DNA of 64,000 nucleotides. It comes from an uncultured archaeon (GTDB lineage Archaea > Asgardarchaeota > Thorarchaeia > Thorarchaeales > Thorarchaeaceae). The notes beneath the pieces are model-generated. The model had not been told where the DNA came from. It made no database searches and saw only the letters and a program-made list of their open reading frames with translations. Where the stretch lies: positions 1 through 64,000 of the forward strand of contig CAZSWP010000016.1 of NCBI GenBank assembly GCA_964610875.1, read 5' to 3'. How positions within the stretch are numbered: the first letter of the stretch is position 1; every line of letters starts with the position of its first letter. The translations under genes were made by a program, and so were the position numbers. Shown here in pieces: positions 18,800 to 29,343 of the stretch.

Positions 18800-19762
18800 A
18801 TGGCCCGTGCAAGAGCACAGATGATACAGGAAGTTGCAGACCAGCTAGAAGAAGCCGGATTCGACCTTTCTTCTCATTGCGATGTACGGCCAAGCTGTTT
18901 TGACCTCGTTGCACGGAAGAACGACCAACTCATTCTGGTGAAAGTTCTGGCCAATATCGATGCGTTGACGCGCAATGATGCAGTTGCATTACAATTGGTA
19001 GCCCATTTCTTTAATGCAACTCCTTTGATTGTAGGGCATACTACACGTCGGGGCACACTGGATGAGGGTGTCGTCTACAAGCGTTATGGCGTTTCTACCA
19101 TTACTCCGACAAGTCTACACGATATTATCTCTGAAAGGCAAATGCCACGTGAGTTTATTCAGCGTGGCGGAAGATTTGTGGCAATCGATGGAAGTAAACT
19201 GAGAGAGGCACGAGTTGCAAAGGACATTAGCAAAGAACGACTGGCTAGTTGTGCTGCAGTATCAACAAGAGCCATTCTTGCATATGAAAAGGACGAAATG
19301 GATGTCAGTGTGGATGTTGCAGAGCGATTAGAAGAGGTACTCGAAACCGATCTAATCATTCCAATAGACCTACTCACAGAGAAGCAGTCTGTGGTTGAAT
19401 TAAAGCAGATACAGCAACCAGCAGACATCCCTAATCTTGAGCGGCGTGTCAACGAATTCTTCGAGCGACTGGGTATGACCGTTCTTTGGACTGACCGTGC
19501 ACCGTTTCATGTTGCCGCTAAAGAAGAAGGCCCTCCTTTGATGTCTGGTATTGGGTCCCTTACTAACAAACACTTACAGAAACGACTTGAGATTCTAAAA
19601 AGTGTGTCAAAAGTGACTGAATCTGATACATTGATAATCGTTGAAGAAGGTAAAGCAGAAGAGAGCTTCGCTGACCTTCCAGTAATTCGACAGCTGGAGC
19701 TAAATGAGATTGAGAAGCCTCGTGAATTAAAAAAGATATTATCTGAAAGGTCCAGTCACTAG
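18800..19762 (+). CDS. Archaeal HTH transcriptional regulator (nuclease-like plus HTH)
   Basis: SCFDLVAR, KVLANID, GVVYKRYG, RGG..V.IDG..LR HTH. Confidence 0.85.
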   Translation: MARARAQMIQEVADQLEEAGFDLSSHCDVRPSCFDLVARKNDQLILVKVLANIDALTRNDAVALQLVAHFFNATPLIVGHTTRRGTLDEGVVYKRYGVSTITPTSLHDIISERQMPREFIQRGGRFVAIDGSKLREARVAKDISKERLASCAAVSTRAILAYEKDEMDVSVDVAERLEEVLETDLIIPIDLLTEKQSVVELKQIQQPADIPNLERRVNEFFERLGMTVLWTDRAPFHVAAKEEGPPLMSGIGSLTNKHLQKRLEILKSVSKVTESDTLIIVEEGKAEESFADLPVIRQLELNEIEKPRELKKILSERSSH

Positions 19763-20436
19763 AAATCAAGCAACGTCTGTTGTTTACTGTCATCCATTAT
19801 TCTAACGACCGATGCCCAGGTCCTTCGAACTATTGGGGGAAAATCTCTGTGTTCCAAGTACCAATCTCTAACAAACTTCTTTGTCTTGGGATCATTGGGA
19901 TAGCCTGATCCAAAGTCACCGTATTTCGAATGAAGTCGTCGAATCTCCTTATCTCGCTCTACCTTGGCAATGATTGATGCTGCTGACACTATCGGATACC
20001 TCAAGTCTGCCTTGTGTTCAGATACTATGCGGCATTTACCCACCCCGTCCCCAGCTAGACGTTTCACAGTAGCTCCAAATCTGTCAGCAATCACATCTGC
20101 AGCATCAAGATAGACCTCCCTTGGGTGTAGTTCTAAGAGCGTCTGTGCAAATGCTTTCATCTCTATGGTGTTCAGGCTCACTCCTCTGTTGCGCAGTCTA
20201 TCGATGGTTCTGGCTGAGATTTTTCTAAGTACAGTCTTCAAGGCAATTCTTTTTATTTCAGGAAATAGAGCTTCCCGTTTCTTAGGTGAGAGCAACTTTG
20301 AGTCCTTAAGACCGAGGGAGAGTATCTCTCTCATTCCCTGTGTATCAACAACGACTCCACACACCACTAGAGGACCGATCATCGGACCTCTTCCTGCTTC
20401 ATCGATACCCGCAATGCCATGAAGTGGGCTGTTCAT
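19759..20436 (-). CDS. rnhB: Ribonuclease HII
   Basis: GIDEAGRGP, DSK, AASIIAKV, GSGYP, PIP-box-like QQTLLDF. Confidence 0.96.
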   Translation of the reverse strand: MNSPLHGIAGIDEAGRGPMIGPLVVCGVVVDTQGMREILSLGLKDSKLLSPKKREALFPEIKRIALKTVLRKISARTIDRLRNRGVSLNTIEMKAFAQTLLELHPREVYLDAADVIADRFGATVKRLAGDGVGKCRIVSEHKADLRYPIVSAASIIAKVERDKEIRRLHSKYGDFGSGYPNDPKTKKFVRDWYLEHRDFPPIVRRTWASVVRIMDDSKQQTLLDF

Positions 20437-20546
20437 AGACCTGTCAACTCTGTTCCAGCTTATTAGTATATACGAAACCTTCATATCGAGTTCCGATGAC
20501 TCGCAGTTCACCGGCCTGATCGACTAATGGTGTTTAATCAAGTTCC

Positions 20547-20713
20547 GGGGACATGGCCTAGTTCGGTATGGCGACGGGCTCCAGATCTGGGCTCACTTCG
20601 AGTCCTGAAGACACGGGGTCAATAAACTGGCCGTCGTCAGAAGACACTCGTAGAACGCAGGGATAACCTCGTTCGAGGAACGATCGGGAGTTCAAATCTC
20701 CCTGTCCCCACCA
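20547..20713 (+). tRNA. tRNA-Trp(CCA) with two introns (20585-20645, 20652-20680)
   Basis: GGGGACA/TGTCCCC acceptor, CT-CCA-GA loop, GGGAG-TTCAAAT-CTCCC T arm, encoded CCA. Confidence 0.9.
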
Positions 20714-20850
20714 TGTTTTCTGTAGTGGACCTTCACTCTTTAACTAATTTTACAACTTAATATTCCACTATTAGTTACTATTTATTGGATTGTTGAAATT
20801 GATTCGTTTCACACAAGAGAGTTGACATTTTTCTGAGAGTTCGATGTAAT

Positions 20851-21832
20851 ATGAGAGAGTTCCAAGAATATGAGGAGCGAGATGAGATTATCAAACTTTT
20901 CACTCTGAAATTGGACAGCACTAAGGAGTTAGCAGAGCAGTATAATTCACCTACAAAGAGGAATATTGAAAGAATTACTGAGAAGGAAGTTTTGTTGTTA
21001 GATACTAGATGTAAATTTGATAGTGCCATAGATTTACATCCACAGATTCGATTATGGAAACATTTCGATGAAAAATATGACCTTGCTGTTAGATAATTCA
21101 ATTTGGAGAGTCCTGAATCAGCCAGAACTCCGGAACTCGTGAAAGTCTTGGATTATCTTGAGATGAAGAGACTATATGAAAGAGAGAATGGACCATTAAA
21201 CGTTTCAATCGAATCAATGAGAGATTTGAAGAAACTCATCAAAAATCCACAGGATTTCACTCAAATAGACTATGTGATGTGTGAAAAATTCTTTCAGGTA
21301 CGTAATGATTGGTCAAAAACTCAATTGGCACTCGGAGACCCCTGTCCACTCCAGCCTTGGTGGTGTACTCCTTCTCTCCGATGGACTCCTTCAAGAGGTT
21401 CCCACCAGGAGCAAGGAAGGGGATCTGCAGGACGACCCTACCATCTCTGAACACGATGCGGGGTGGAGCAATTCGACGGGAGTTCTTCAGTTCGTGGATA
21501 CGTTTCTTTGTTTGGACGACCTCATCAGCATCCTTCCCGAGCTTTCGCTTAAGGGCAGTGAGCTTGTAGGTGAGGTGCTGTATCTGGATGTTGTTCTTCA
21601 GCTGCTGGTGCATGTCCTCGAACCCCATCGTGTTCAATCATTCCTCCAAATACATCTTGGATGGAAAAATAATTCAAATCGATTCTACGGTTCTGAGAGA
21701 ACAAGTAATATCGTAGAAAGTCCCTTCACCACAGAACCACGCACTCCGAAAATAGCAAAGGATGCGTTCTACTTAAATTTATTCCGAACTTTTCTAGAAT
21801 GTCACCAACTCAATCTGGTAGTGCATCATTAG
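20851..21832 (+). pseudogene. AT-rich disrupted hypothetical gene (in-frame TAA at 21094-21096 plus 313-bp insertion)
   Basis: ORFs 20851 and 21103 share a frame; removing 21326-21638 joins them to the 21639-21832 frame. Confidence 0.6.
21326..21638 (-). mobile_element. Internal fragment of a TnpB/Cas12f-like gene flanked by TCAAT direct repeats
   Basis: Translates to ...VLQIPF...KAGVDRGLRVP (RuvC-I-like); GC-richer than flanks. Confidence 0.7.
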
Positions 21833-22029
21833 CAACATACTTGAAAATCAATCCAGTACTCCACCTATAAAATCTGTATTAGTGAAAGATTACAGCTTGT
21901 ATGCTAATTGATGAGAAAGCAACTTGCTTAGAATACGGAGAATATAAGCAAGTCCTTTGCTTGATATTGCTGAAATCACAAGTGTATTTTAACTAAAAGC
22001 TGCCTCTATTATCTGATATAGGAAGTGAG

Positions 22030-22878
22030 ATGGTGCTCAAGAGAACCCCTATCATTGTCATAACTATGTTTGCAGTGTTATTGTTATCTATCAATGGTGT
22101 AGCAGCACAGGAACCAGGTGGAGGTCCCTCTAGGTATTATTCCGAGGCAGGTGCATTCACATATAGGGCGTCATTTCAATTACAGGACGGTTCTGAAATC
22201 TTCCTCCTCCGTAGTGCGTATACTGCCACATTTTACTCCCAAATGCAGCCACCAACACGGCATCATTACTTCTCAGTTTCAGTAGGTTTCTATTATGGCA
22301 AGACCATGTTGAATCGCCCAATTATTCAAAATATCACTTTTGAATCACTATCATTCTATCCCAAATGGAAAAATAGTGCGGGATATAGTTTCAATCTGAT
22401 TGATGACAGTGCTATTTTCACAGTTAATGGTACTGTCAGAGATGGAGAACGTTTGGGAGGATTCATGCTTATTGATGATAACGCGCTCAGTCAATATCTT
22501 CCCATGATTGGTGGTACCTATGTATTCAAAGACCTTTCATTCCATCTAATTGATGGTACTGTCTTTACCCTAGGTGACATCTCAATTGAGTTAGAGAAGA
22601 ACAACAACAAGTGGCTCCCAGAGAATGCCATTATAACAGGCTCTGATGATGTCACGTATGAGAGTGATGATCAGTATGCATACATAAAGATGGATGCGAG
22701 TACCCCACTCATTGTATTTGTAGACTTAATTGTTGGGTCTGCTTTGATTGCTGCTTTCTCTATCATCGTCATTGCGCTTGTACTACACTTGAAGGGAATT
22801 ATCACACTACCAATAGAGCGAATACGGTCTGTTGTATCCACACAGGAACCGATTACAGCAAAGGGCAGGAATCCCTAA
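22030..22878 (+). CDS. Secreted protein with C-terminal membrane anchor
   Basis: Signal peptide ending VAA-Q; C-terminal TM helix. Confidence 0.75.
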   Translation: MVLKRTPIIVITMFAVLLLSINGVAAQEPGGGPSRYYSEAGAFTYRASFQLQDGSEIFLLRSAYTATFYSQMQPPTRHHYFSVSVGFYYGKTMLNRPIIQNITFESLSFYPKWKNSAGYSFNLIDDSAIFTVNGTVRDGERLGGFMLIDDNALSQYLPMIGGTYVFKDLSFHLIDGTVFTLGDISIELEKNNNKWLPENAIITGSDDVTYESDDQYAYIKMDASTPLIVFVDLIVGSALIAAFSIIVIALVLHLKGIITLPIERIRSVVSTQEPITAKGRNP

Positions 22879-22883
22879 TGTAA

Positions 22884-23129
22884 CTATTCAGGAATCTGAA
22901 TCCAGAGAATATTATTTCCTCTAAGAAGAATCTCGCCATATTTAGCTTTGATCTCGCTCTGGCCCTCATCAGTATAGTCAAGTTCTTCGGCATCACCAAG
23001 TGTTAAGTTCATATAAACATCGCAACGGGTGAGACGACCTCTGAAAATTCTTTGGTCTTTGAGTTTTATAGAAACAACGTTATTCAGATGCTGTTCTAAA
23101 GCCTTGATTGGCATCTTTTCTGCAGACAT
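22884..23129 (-). CDS. Sm-like (Lsm) protein
   Basis: GRLTRCDVYMNL and ILLRGNNI Sm motifs. Confidence 0.92.
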   Translation of the reverse strand: MSAEKMPIKALEQHLNNVVSIKLKDQRIFRGRLTRCDVYMNLTLGDAEELDYTDEGQSEIKAKYGEILLRGNNILWIQIPE

Positions 23130-23235
23130 AGAGGTTACCTCTTGATGTGCCCCTTGGTGTACATTATAAAGCCTTTGCCTAAGCATACAAATACTTGCCT
23201 AGAATCAAAATATGAACAGTCTGAGGTAAATACCA

Positions 23236-24240
23236 GTGACAAGAAAGGTATGTCTTGGGATAGAAGGAACAGCTCATTCATTTGGCGCAGGTGTTGTGAC
23301 CAGTGATGGTAAGGTTCTATCTAACGTTTGGGATATGCTTTCCCCAGAAGAAGGAGGTATCCACCCCAGAGAGGCAAGTAGACATCACTCAGACATTGGT
23401 CCTGACATAATTGGTAGGGCAATAGCAGATGCAAAAATAACATTCAATGATATAGATTTGGTAGCCTTCTCTCAAGGTCCTGGTCTTGGTCCCTGTCTTC
23501 GTACTACTGCTACTATGGCTCGAACACTAGCCCTCAGTCTAGATACTCCGCTTATAGGAGTCAATCATTGTGTTGCACACATCGAAATAGGTCGTCTGGA
23601 GTCCGAATTCTCTGATCCCGTCACAGTATATGTTTCCGGGGGGAATTCACAAATCATTGCATTTTCTGGAGGTAGATATCGGACTTTTGGAGAAACACTT
23701 GACATCGCCATCGGCAATATGCTCGATGTCTTTGGAAGACATGTTGGAATGCGGTTTCCCGCAGGCCCCGTAGTGGAACAAGAAGCAAAACGTAGCACAA
23801 CCTATCATGCACTCCCCTACTCAGTGAAAGGTATGGATCTGAGTTACTCGGGGATGCTTACTGCAGCAAAGAGACTGTTTGATGAAGGAGTCCCAATTCC
23901 TGAGATATGTTACAGCATACAAGAAACCGCTTTTGGTATGTTGGCAGAGGTTGCTGAGAGAGCAATAGCCCACACCAAGAAGGAACAACTCCTGCTGACT
24001 GGTGGGGTAGCGAGAAATAATCGACTACATGATATTCTCGATGGCGTCAGCAAAAGACATTCTGCGGTATTTCATAGAGTTTCTCCACCATTAGCTGGTG
24101 ACCAAGGTGCAATGATAGCATGGACTGGACTTGAGCAGTACCTTGGTGGCGACAGATTAGACATTGAAAACTCTCACGTACGGCCAAAATGGCGGACGGA
24201 TGAACAGGACATAATCTGGAGGGTAGATGATGCAGCGTGA
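23236..24240 (+). CDS. kae1: KEOPS t6A synthase Kae1
   Basis: LGIEGTAH, GIHPREA, NHCVAHIE, VSGG, DQGAMIA. Confidence 0.96.
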   Translation: MTRKVCLGIEGTAHSFGAGVVTSDGKVLSNVWDMLSPEEGGIHPREASRHHSDIGPDIIGRAIADAKITFNDIDLVAFSQGPGLGPCLRTTATMARTLALSLDTPLIGVNHCVAHIEIGRLESEFSDPVTVYVSGGNSQIIAFSGGRYRTFGETLDIAIGNMLDVFGRHVGMRFPAGPVVEQEAKRSTTYHALPYSVKGMDLSYSGMLTAAKRLFDEGVPIPEICYSIQETAFGMLAEVAERAIAHTKKEQLLLTGGVARNNRLHDILDGVSKRHSAVFHRVSPPLAGDQGAMIAWTGLEQYLGGDRLDIENSHVRPKWRTDEQDIIWRVDDAA

Positions 24241-24859
24241 GCTAATAACCCTTGGAGCAGAAGCAAAGATTGAGAAGGTAATTATCTGGGGTGAAGAATA
24301 TATCCAAAAAACTCGTCCTGAGAAACCATATCTCCTTCCTGCTATTGATATTATGTTACGTAAAAATCGTACCGGTCGTGAATGCAAAGTTCTATCCCTA
24401 GCTCGTTCCTTTGGCATTCCTACACCTGCAGTTCATTCAATTGACATGTCTAATTTCATCATCCTAATGGACTTTATAGATGGCAAACAATTGAAGGAGA
24501 TTGCTATAGAAGCTCCAATGTCTGAACTAGAGCTCCTCTGTAAGGAGTTTGGTTCTTCTCTAGCGCTTCTACACAAGGGTGATGTGGTCCATGGAGACCC
24601 AACTACGAGTAACATAATTGTACAAAGCAGCTCAAAACTATGGATGATTGATTTTGGACTTGCTGAGTTGAATGCAACAATTGAGATGAAGGGAGTAGAC
24701 CTTCACCTTGTAAAGCGCGCATTTGAAACCACTCATTGGAATAGGCAGGACAAAATGCTACAGATGACCATAGAAGGCTACGTATCAGTAATGAAAGATG
24801 ATGCTGAACCAATATTATATCGTATGGATGAGATACGGGAACGTGGTAGATATCACTAG
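24227..24859 (+). CDS. bud32: KEOPS kinase Bud32
   Basis: [21 protein letters not shown]. Confidence 0.95.
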   Translation: MMQRELITLGAEAKIEKVIIWGEEYIQKTRPEKPYLLPAIDIMLRKNRTGRECKVLSLARSFGIPTPAVHSIDMSNFIILMDFIDGKQLKEIAIEAPMSELELLCKEFGSSLALLHKGDVVHGDPTTSNIIVQSSSKLWMIDFGLAELNATIEMKGVDLHLVKRAFETTHWNRQDKMLQMTIEGYVSVMKDDAEPILYRMDEIRERGRYH

Positions 24860-24962
24860 ACTCTCTCAGTCTGCAGTCAGAAGGCAATCTTTATATCCAA
24901 TCTACTCGGCGATGGGCAGGACCCGAGTTCTTGGGACTCAGATTTATTCAGAGGTCAAACCG

Positions 24963-25421
24963 ATGGCAAGAATGCACACACGACGCAAAGGCCAGTCCAG
25001 TAGTAAACGTCCTTCCACACCACAGATTCCTGAGTGGGTGGATAAAGATGCTGCTTGGGTGGAAGAGAAGGTAGTCGAACTAGCTAAAGCAGGTAACACG
25101 CCATCAATGATTGGTATAATCCTTCGTGACCAGTATGGAATTCCATTGGTGAAAGTCATTACCGGTAGACGAATTATGGATATTGTTCGCGAACATGACC
25201 TACAGAGAAGGGTTCCAGAGGACTTGAGAAACCTTATTGCAAAAGCCGTGACAATTCGCAAGCACCTTGAAGAACATGGAAAGAAAGACTATGTTTCCAA
25301 GAGAGGCCTGCAGTTGATAGAGAGTAAAATTCACAGACTCTCTAAGTACTACAGGAAGAAAAAAGTGCTTTCTGCAGATTGGAAATACTCTCCTGAACAA
25401 GCTGCTGTATTGCTTCGGTAG
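24963..25421 (+). CDS. rps15: 30S ribosomal protein uS15 (S13e)
   Basis: [35 protein letters not shown]. Confidence 0.97.
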   Translation: MARMHTRRKGQSSSKRPSTPQIPEWVDKDAAWVEEKVVELAKAGNTPSMIGIILRDQYGIPLVKVITGRRIMDIVREHDLQRRVPEDLRNLIAKAVTIRKHLEEHGKKDYVSKRGLQLIESKIHRLSKYYRKKKVLSADWKYSPEQAAVLLR

Positions 25422-25456
25422 TTTTATCATTCAAACCTTTACTTGCTTTTCTCAGG

Positions 25457-26731
25457 ATGAGTAAAGAGGTCAATCTACCCACTACAATTAAGTCCTTATC
25501 AAAATCCTATTCATCGATGAGGATATCAAAGGGGTCACGTATCGTAGTTTTGGCAGCACCGGAACCTGCCTGTATCGCATCAGCTGCAGTAATAGCTCGT
25601 ACTGCAATTGAGAATAACAGAGTATTTCACGTTCGATTCATAGACCCCTCTGATTCTATTAATGCTAAAGTCTTGGATGTTGGAAAAAATTCTGTAGGTG
25701 TGCTTGTTGGCATAAATGCTCCTGAGGATTTTTCGTCCGAATCACCTCTCATTCCACTGAATCTCCATGAAAGCGATCGAACGCTCGCTATCAATACCTT
25801 GGCATTTCTGGACTCTCAGCTGGATATAAACCAAGAATCAGTAACATTAGCAGCTGTTATCGCGCTTTTGGAGTCAAAGCAATCCAATTCATCACAATCG
25901 ATCATTAAAATGGCCACAGATTATAATAGATTGAGAGAACAAAGAGGGTTCAAACTACCAGGGCGCACTCACATTTCCACTATTGATACCCTACAATTCA
26001 GCATTTACCCATATCTAGATGGCATTACTGGTGTAAATGGGCGATGTGAGAAGATTCTCCTTGAGGCTAATATTCCCAATACCAAGTGGCAAACGCCTCT
26101 GACCCAACTCAATTCCGAAGAGGCTCAAAATCTCACCGCAAATCTTCTACCATTGGTTTCAAGCAAATATATTCCAACCATTCTTGGCACCGATTATGAA
26201 TTAACAGAAGAGAAACCAAACACCCCTGTCAGATCCCTCGCTACTATCAAAGCATTTGCTAAAACAGTATGGGCGCGTAGAGAGATGGGGCTTCTATTGG
26301 GTGTTTTAATTGGTGACCGAGCTAGAATCCTCAGAAGGCTCATTGATAGTTATGACACTCATACTCGAAATACAGTGATGGCAATAAAGACACTCATGGT
26401 TTCACTGAATGATGCTGAAAGTAAAGTGCGCTTCAGACTGCGATCTATTATTACTCCTACAGAAGGAACCGCTCCTGAAGTGTTACCAGATGTAGGTCGA
26501 ATACTGTTTGAAACCATAATTACTGACCATGAAAAATTCCTAGTCATGAACTCGGGTGGGACAGTAGAGATTGTATGGTCCAGTGGCAAATACACTACAA
26601 ACCAAATTTTGTCATGTTTGACTAGTTCGGGGATATCCGCAGTATCGACATCATATTGTTCAGCTCGTGTTTCTGCAGTTTCAAGTAAAAAGATGAATAC
26701 ACTTCTTGAAACATTAGATGAGATCGATTAG
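25457..26731 (+). CDS. Degenerate DHH/RecJ-like protein (GAN/Cdc45-like)
   Basis: Position between rps15 and pcc1; GFKLPGR...PYLDGITG-type segment; catalytic DHH motifs not seen. Confidence 0.65.
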   Translation: MSKEVNLPTTIKSLSKSYSSMRISKGSRIVVLAAPEPACIASAAVIARTAIENNRVFHVRFIDPSDSINAKVLDVGKNSVGVLVGINAPEDFSSESPLIPLNLHESDRTLAINTLAFLDSQLDINQESVTLAAVIALLESKQSNSSQSIIKMATDYNRLREQRGFKLPGRTHISTIDTLQFSIYPYLDGITGVNGRCEKILLEANIPNTKWQTPLTQLNSEEAQNLTANLLPLVSSKYIPTILGTDYELTEEKPNTPVRSLATIKAFAKTVWARREMGLLLGVLIGDRARILRRLIDSYDTHTRNTVMAIKTLMVSLNDAESKVRFRLRSIITPTEGTAPEVLPDVGRILFETIITDHEKFLVMNSGGTVEIVWSSGKYTTNQILSCLTSSGISAVSTSYCSARVSAVSSKKMNTLLETLDEID

Positions 26732-26741
26732 AGGTAGCAAT

Positions 26742-26984
26742 ATGGAAACTGTAATCATTAACATAGTTTTTTCTGATGAAGACACAGCCACTCACATACT
26801 AGACTCAATTGAACCTGACAACAGACCACTGCCAGAAGGAATTCATATACTATGTAGGGTAGAAGATTGTAACCTCATCATTGAAATATCATCTACACGA
26901 GGTATTGATAGTTTGAGAAACACGATAGAAGATATATTGAGTGCTATAGATCTCTCTCACCGAACTATAACCTCTATCAAATGA
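26742..26984 (+). CDS. pcc1: KEOPS subunit Pcc1
   Basis: SIEPDN, SLRNTIEDIL. Confidence 0.85.
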   Translation: METVIINIVFSDEDTATHILDSIEPDNRPLPEGIHILCRVEDCNLIIEISSTRGIDSLRNTIEDILSAIDLSHRTITSIK

Positions 26985-26994
26985 TCCTCCCGTA

Positions 26995-28449
26995 CTAATT
27001 TCTTTTAGACGTCAACCGTTGATACTCGGCTTTTGCTTTTTGTCGGGCAATATCTGCCATGTCATCTGTAATAAAGCCCCTCTGTACAGCACGTTTGAGA
27101 AGATGTTGGTCAATTATTCGAGTTTCACCACGTTTCGGATTCACAACATCAATTTCCAAGTCAACATACCTTACTCGACAGGGTGACGATCCATTACTAG
27201 GATACAACTCTATTCCTGTGTTTATGTTAACATAGGTTCCTTTCAGCTTTCCCTGACGTGAAAAGTAATCCGTGACAAGACGCATAGAACCCGGAATTGC
27301 ATGGGTGATGGCATAATCTCCATCGTCCCTTGGCACATCAACATCATCACTGTTCTCAGGAGTCATTTTCAGTTTCCGTGTTGTGTATCTGAACTGTCTT
27401 CGTATAACGACCTCGTTCTGATTGACTTCAATAACTCGTCCACGGGCTAATACTATTGCTCTTCCATCAAGTTTCACATGTTCAATATTGATTGGGTCAT
27501 TTGTTCTTGGCATTTCTCTGCCTACAACTTTCTCAAGTTTAGAAGTAACATAGTTGAGTTCCTCTGGTCGTTCTTCTATCATCATCTCTGCAAAATCCAC
27601 GAGTGGGGAATATCCCGCGCTCTTGTAGAAATGGTGTCTTTCAACGGTGGGTTTGATTTTTCCTCGTGTCTTATCCAAATTTTCCTTTACTTCAGCCGGA
27701 AACTCAATATCGGCATTACTCGTTCCTTCAAATAGAATACCAAAGTCTTCCATGTCATTGTATTTATTGTAGATGCCTTGAGCTACATCCAACAGGTCTT
27801 CAACTTCGTCTCGTAGTTCTTCCTCTGTAAGTCGCATTGCAGCAGTTCTCCAGAGAATACCCCAATCATCTGTGTGTTGTTTTAGTTTCTTGCCAAGAGC
27901 GATAAGAGAACGCCTCTCTTCTGGGTCTTTTATCTTCGTACTCAATCTCACTACTGATTCAGGTAGCAATACCACTGCACGTCCTGGAACAGTAATACTT
28001 GAAGACAATATTGGTGCTTTTCGTCCATAGTCATGAGCTCGTACTTGCACCATCATTGTACTCCCAGATCTGGCACTTCGGTCTGGTAAGAGGCCTGTTA
28101 TGGTTCCCAAGTCAATACGCATATGACCTGTTCTATCATCTCTGCCAACAACACGTGCTCTGTATATTGAACTCTTTGCGACTCTGGGTGTACGCGTTAT
28201 GACCCAGCCAAGTCTACGTCGTAGAACATCAGTCAAACGCGTGAGAATATCTTCATAGGCAATAGCTACTATACCTTGGAGGTCACTCCTATCCCAGATA
28301 TCAATATCCGGAATATCATCTCGATAGGGTAATCCAAACCTTCTTGCCACTTCCGGGGTCGGTTGAACCATATCAAAATGGTTCTGTAGCAGTATTTGGG
28401 TTAGTGATTGTGAATAGATTCCTCGTATCCTTGCCTTTGTCATACACAT
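26995..28449 (-). CDS. fau-1: FAU-1/AubA RNA-binding ribonuclease (RNase E/G-like plus DUF402)
   Basis: RIRGIYSQSLT, WGILWRTAA, HHFYK, YVNINT..E, YVDLEIDVV. Confidence 0.88.
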   Translation of the reverse strand: MCMTKARIRGIYSQSLTQILLQNHFDMVQPTPEVARRFGLPYRDDIPDIDIWDRSDLQGIVAIAYEDILTRLTDVLRRRLGWVITRTPRVAKSSIYRARVVGRDDRTGHMRIDLGTITGLLPDRSARSGSTMMVQVRAHDYGRKAPILSSSITVPGRAVVLLPESVVRLSTKIKDPEERRSLIALGKKLKQHTDDWGILWRTAAMRLTEEELRDEVEDLLDVAQGIYNKYNDMEDFGILFEGTSNADIEFPAEVKENLDKTRGKIKPTVERHHFYKSAGYSPLVDFAEMMIEERPEELNYVTSKLEKVVGREMPRTNDPINIEHVKLDGRAIVLARGRVIEVNQNEVVIRRQFRYTTRKLKMTPENSDDVDVPRDDGDYAITHAIPGSMRLVTDYFSRQGKLKGTYVNINTGIELYPSNGSSPCRVRYVDLEIDVVNPKRGETRIIDQHLLKRAVQRGFITDDMADIARQKAKAEYQRLTSKRN

Positions 28450-28526
28450 ACACGTCGTGCATTATTTGCCGAAAACCGTCCTCAGGCGGCGGCTTTCTCA
28501 CACTCTCCTTGGGTAGTTACTAGAGG

Positions 28527-28793
28527 TCAGTCACGAATAGGATCAAGTAGGCTTGAAACATGCCAGATTTTGGTCCTCGCCTGTTTTGGGCAGTTCGGGT
28601 CCTGACTCGGCTCATCAAGAATTGAAATGACATTCTGAGCTCTCACCGCTGGAGAATCAGATTCATTTTCCAGAACATCAATTGCTTCATTTGCTGCACG
28701 CCGGATATTCCTTGGAACTGAGGAATCCTCAGATATCTGCTTAAGCAAGTGTTTACTATGGTCTATGCTCCTCTGTATTTCGGGGTCCATCAT
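28527..28793 (-). CDS. UPF0147 family protein
   Basis: DSSVPRNIRRAA, DPN.P..ART.IW. Confidence 0.9.
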   Translation of the reverse strand: MMDPEIQRSIDHSKHLLKQISEDSSVPRNIRRAANEAIDVLENESDSPAVRAQNVISILDEPSQDPNCPKQARTKIWHVSSLLDPIRD

Positions 28794-28952
28794 GGACTCA
28801 CCTCTGAATAATCTTGACGCACAAATGGAGTGCGAACAACAAAAAACCAACACGACCGTTCAGCATATCAAGATTGTGCTAAGGCTCTATACAAGCTACT
28901 TGTTCCAGCTTAGCTTATATCGTTCCTATGTAGGAGTCTTTTGTGAAGAAAC

Positions 28953-29309
28953 ATGTCCGAGAAGAAAGAGGCTCCAGTTAAGAAAATGGCTGAACTCCTC
29001 AGACAAGGAGCAACCATGCTGGCAGAAGCGTGTCCTCAGTGCGGGTCCCCGTTGTTCAAGGTTGGGGAGGACCTCTATTGTGCATCATGTGACCGTAGAA
29101 TCGTTATTGTCCATTCCGATGAAGAGGTAGAATCAGAGGCAGTTAAGGGACTACTACCACAACTGAGAGAAACCCTGCTGAACAAACTAATGGGATTAAA
29201 TGAAATCGTGGAGAATGAAGATGATCCCGAAGCCTTGACCAAGCTAGCAAACCTCATGGTTCTGCTTTTGCAGGCCTTAAATCAACTCGAATCAATGTCA
29301 CGTAGATAA
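28953..29309 (+). CDS. UPF0148 / SSSCA1-like zinc-ribbon protein
   Basis: MAELLRQGATMLAEACPQCGSPLF...YCASC. Confidence 0.9.
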   Translation: MSEKKEAPVKKMAELLRQGATMLAEACPQCGSPLFKVGEDLYCASCDRRIVIVHSDEEVESEAVKGLLPQLRETLLNKLMGLNEIVENEDDPEALTKLANLMVLLLQALNQLESMSRR

Positions 29310-29343
29310 AGATGGTCAAAGCTGTTACAAAGAAGTGGTGGTA

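Noticed and set aside
20714-22000. att-bounded island at tRNA-Trp
   Set aside because: The region looks accessory, but I found no duplicated tRNA-Trp 3' end.
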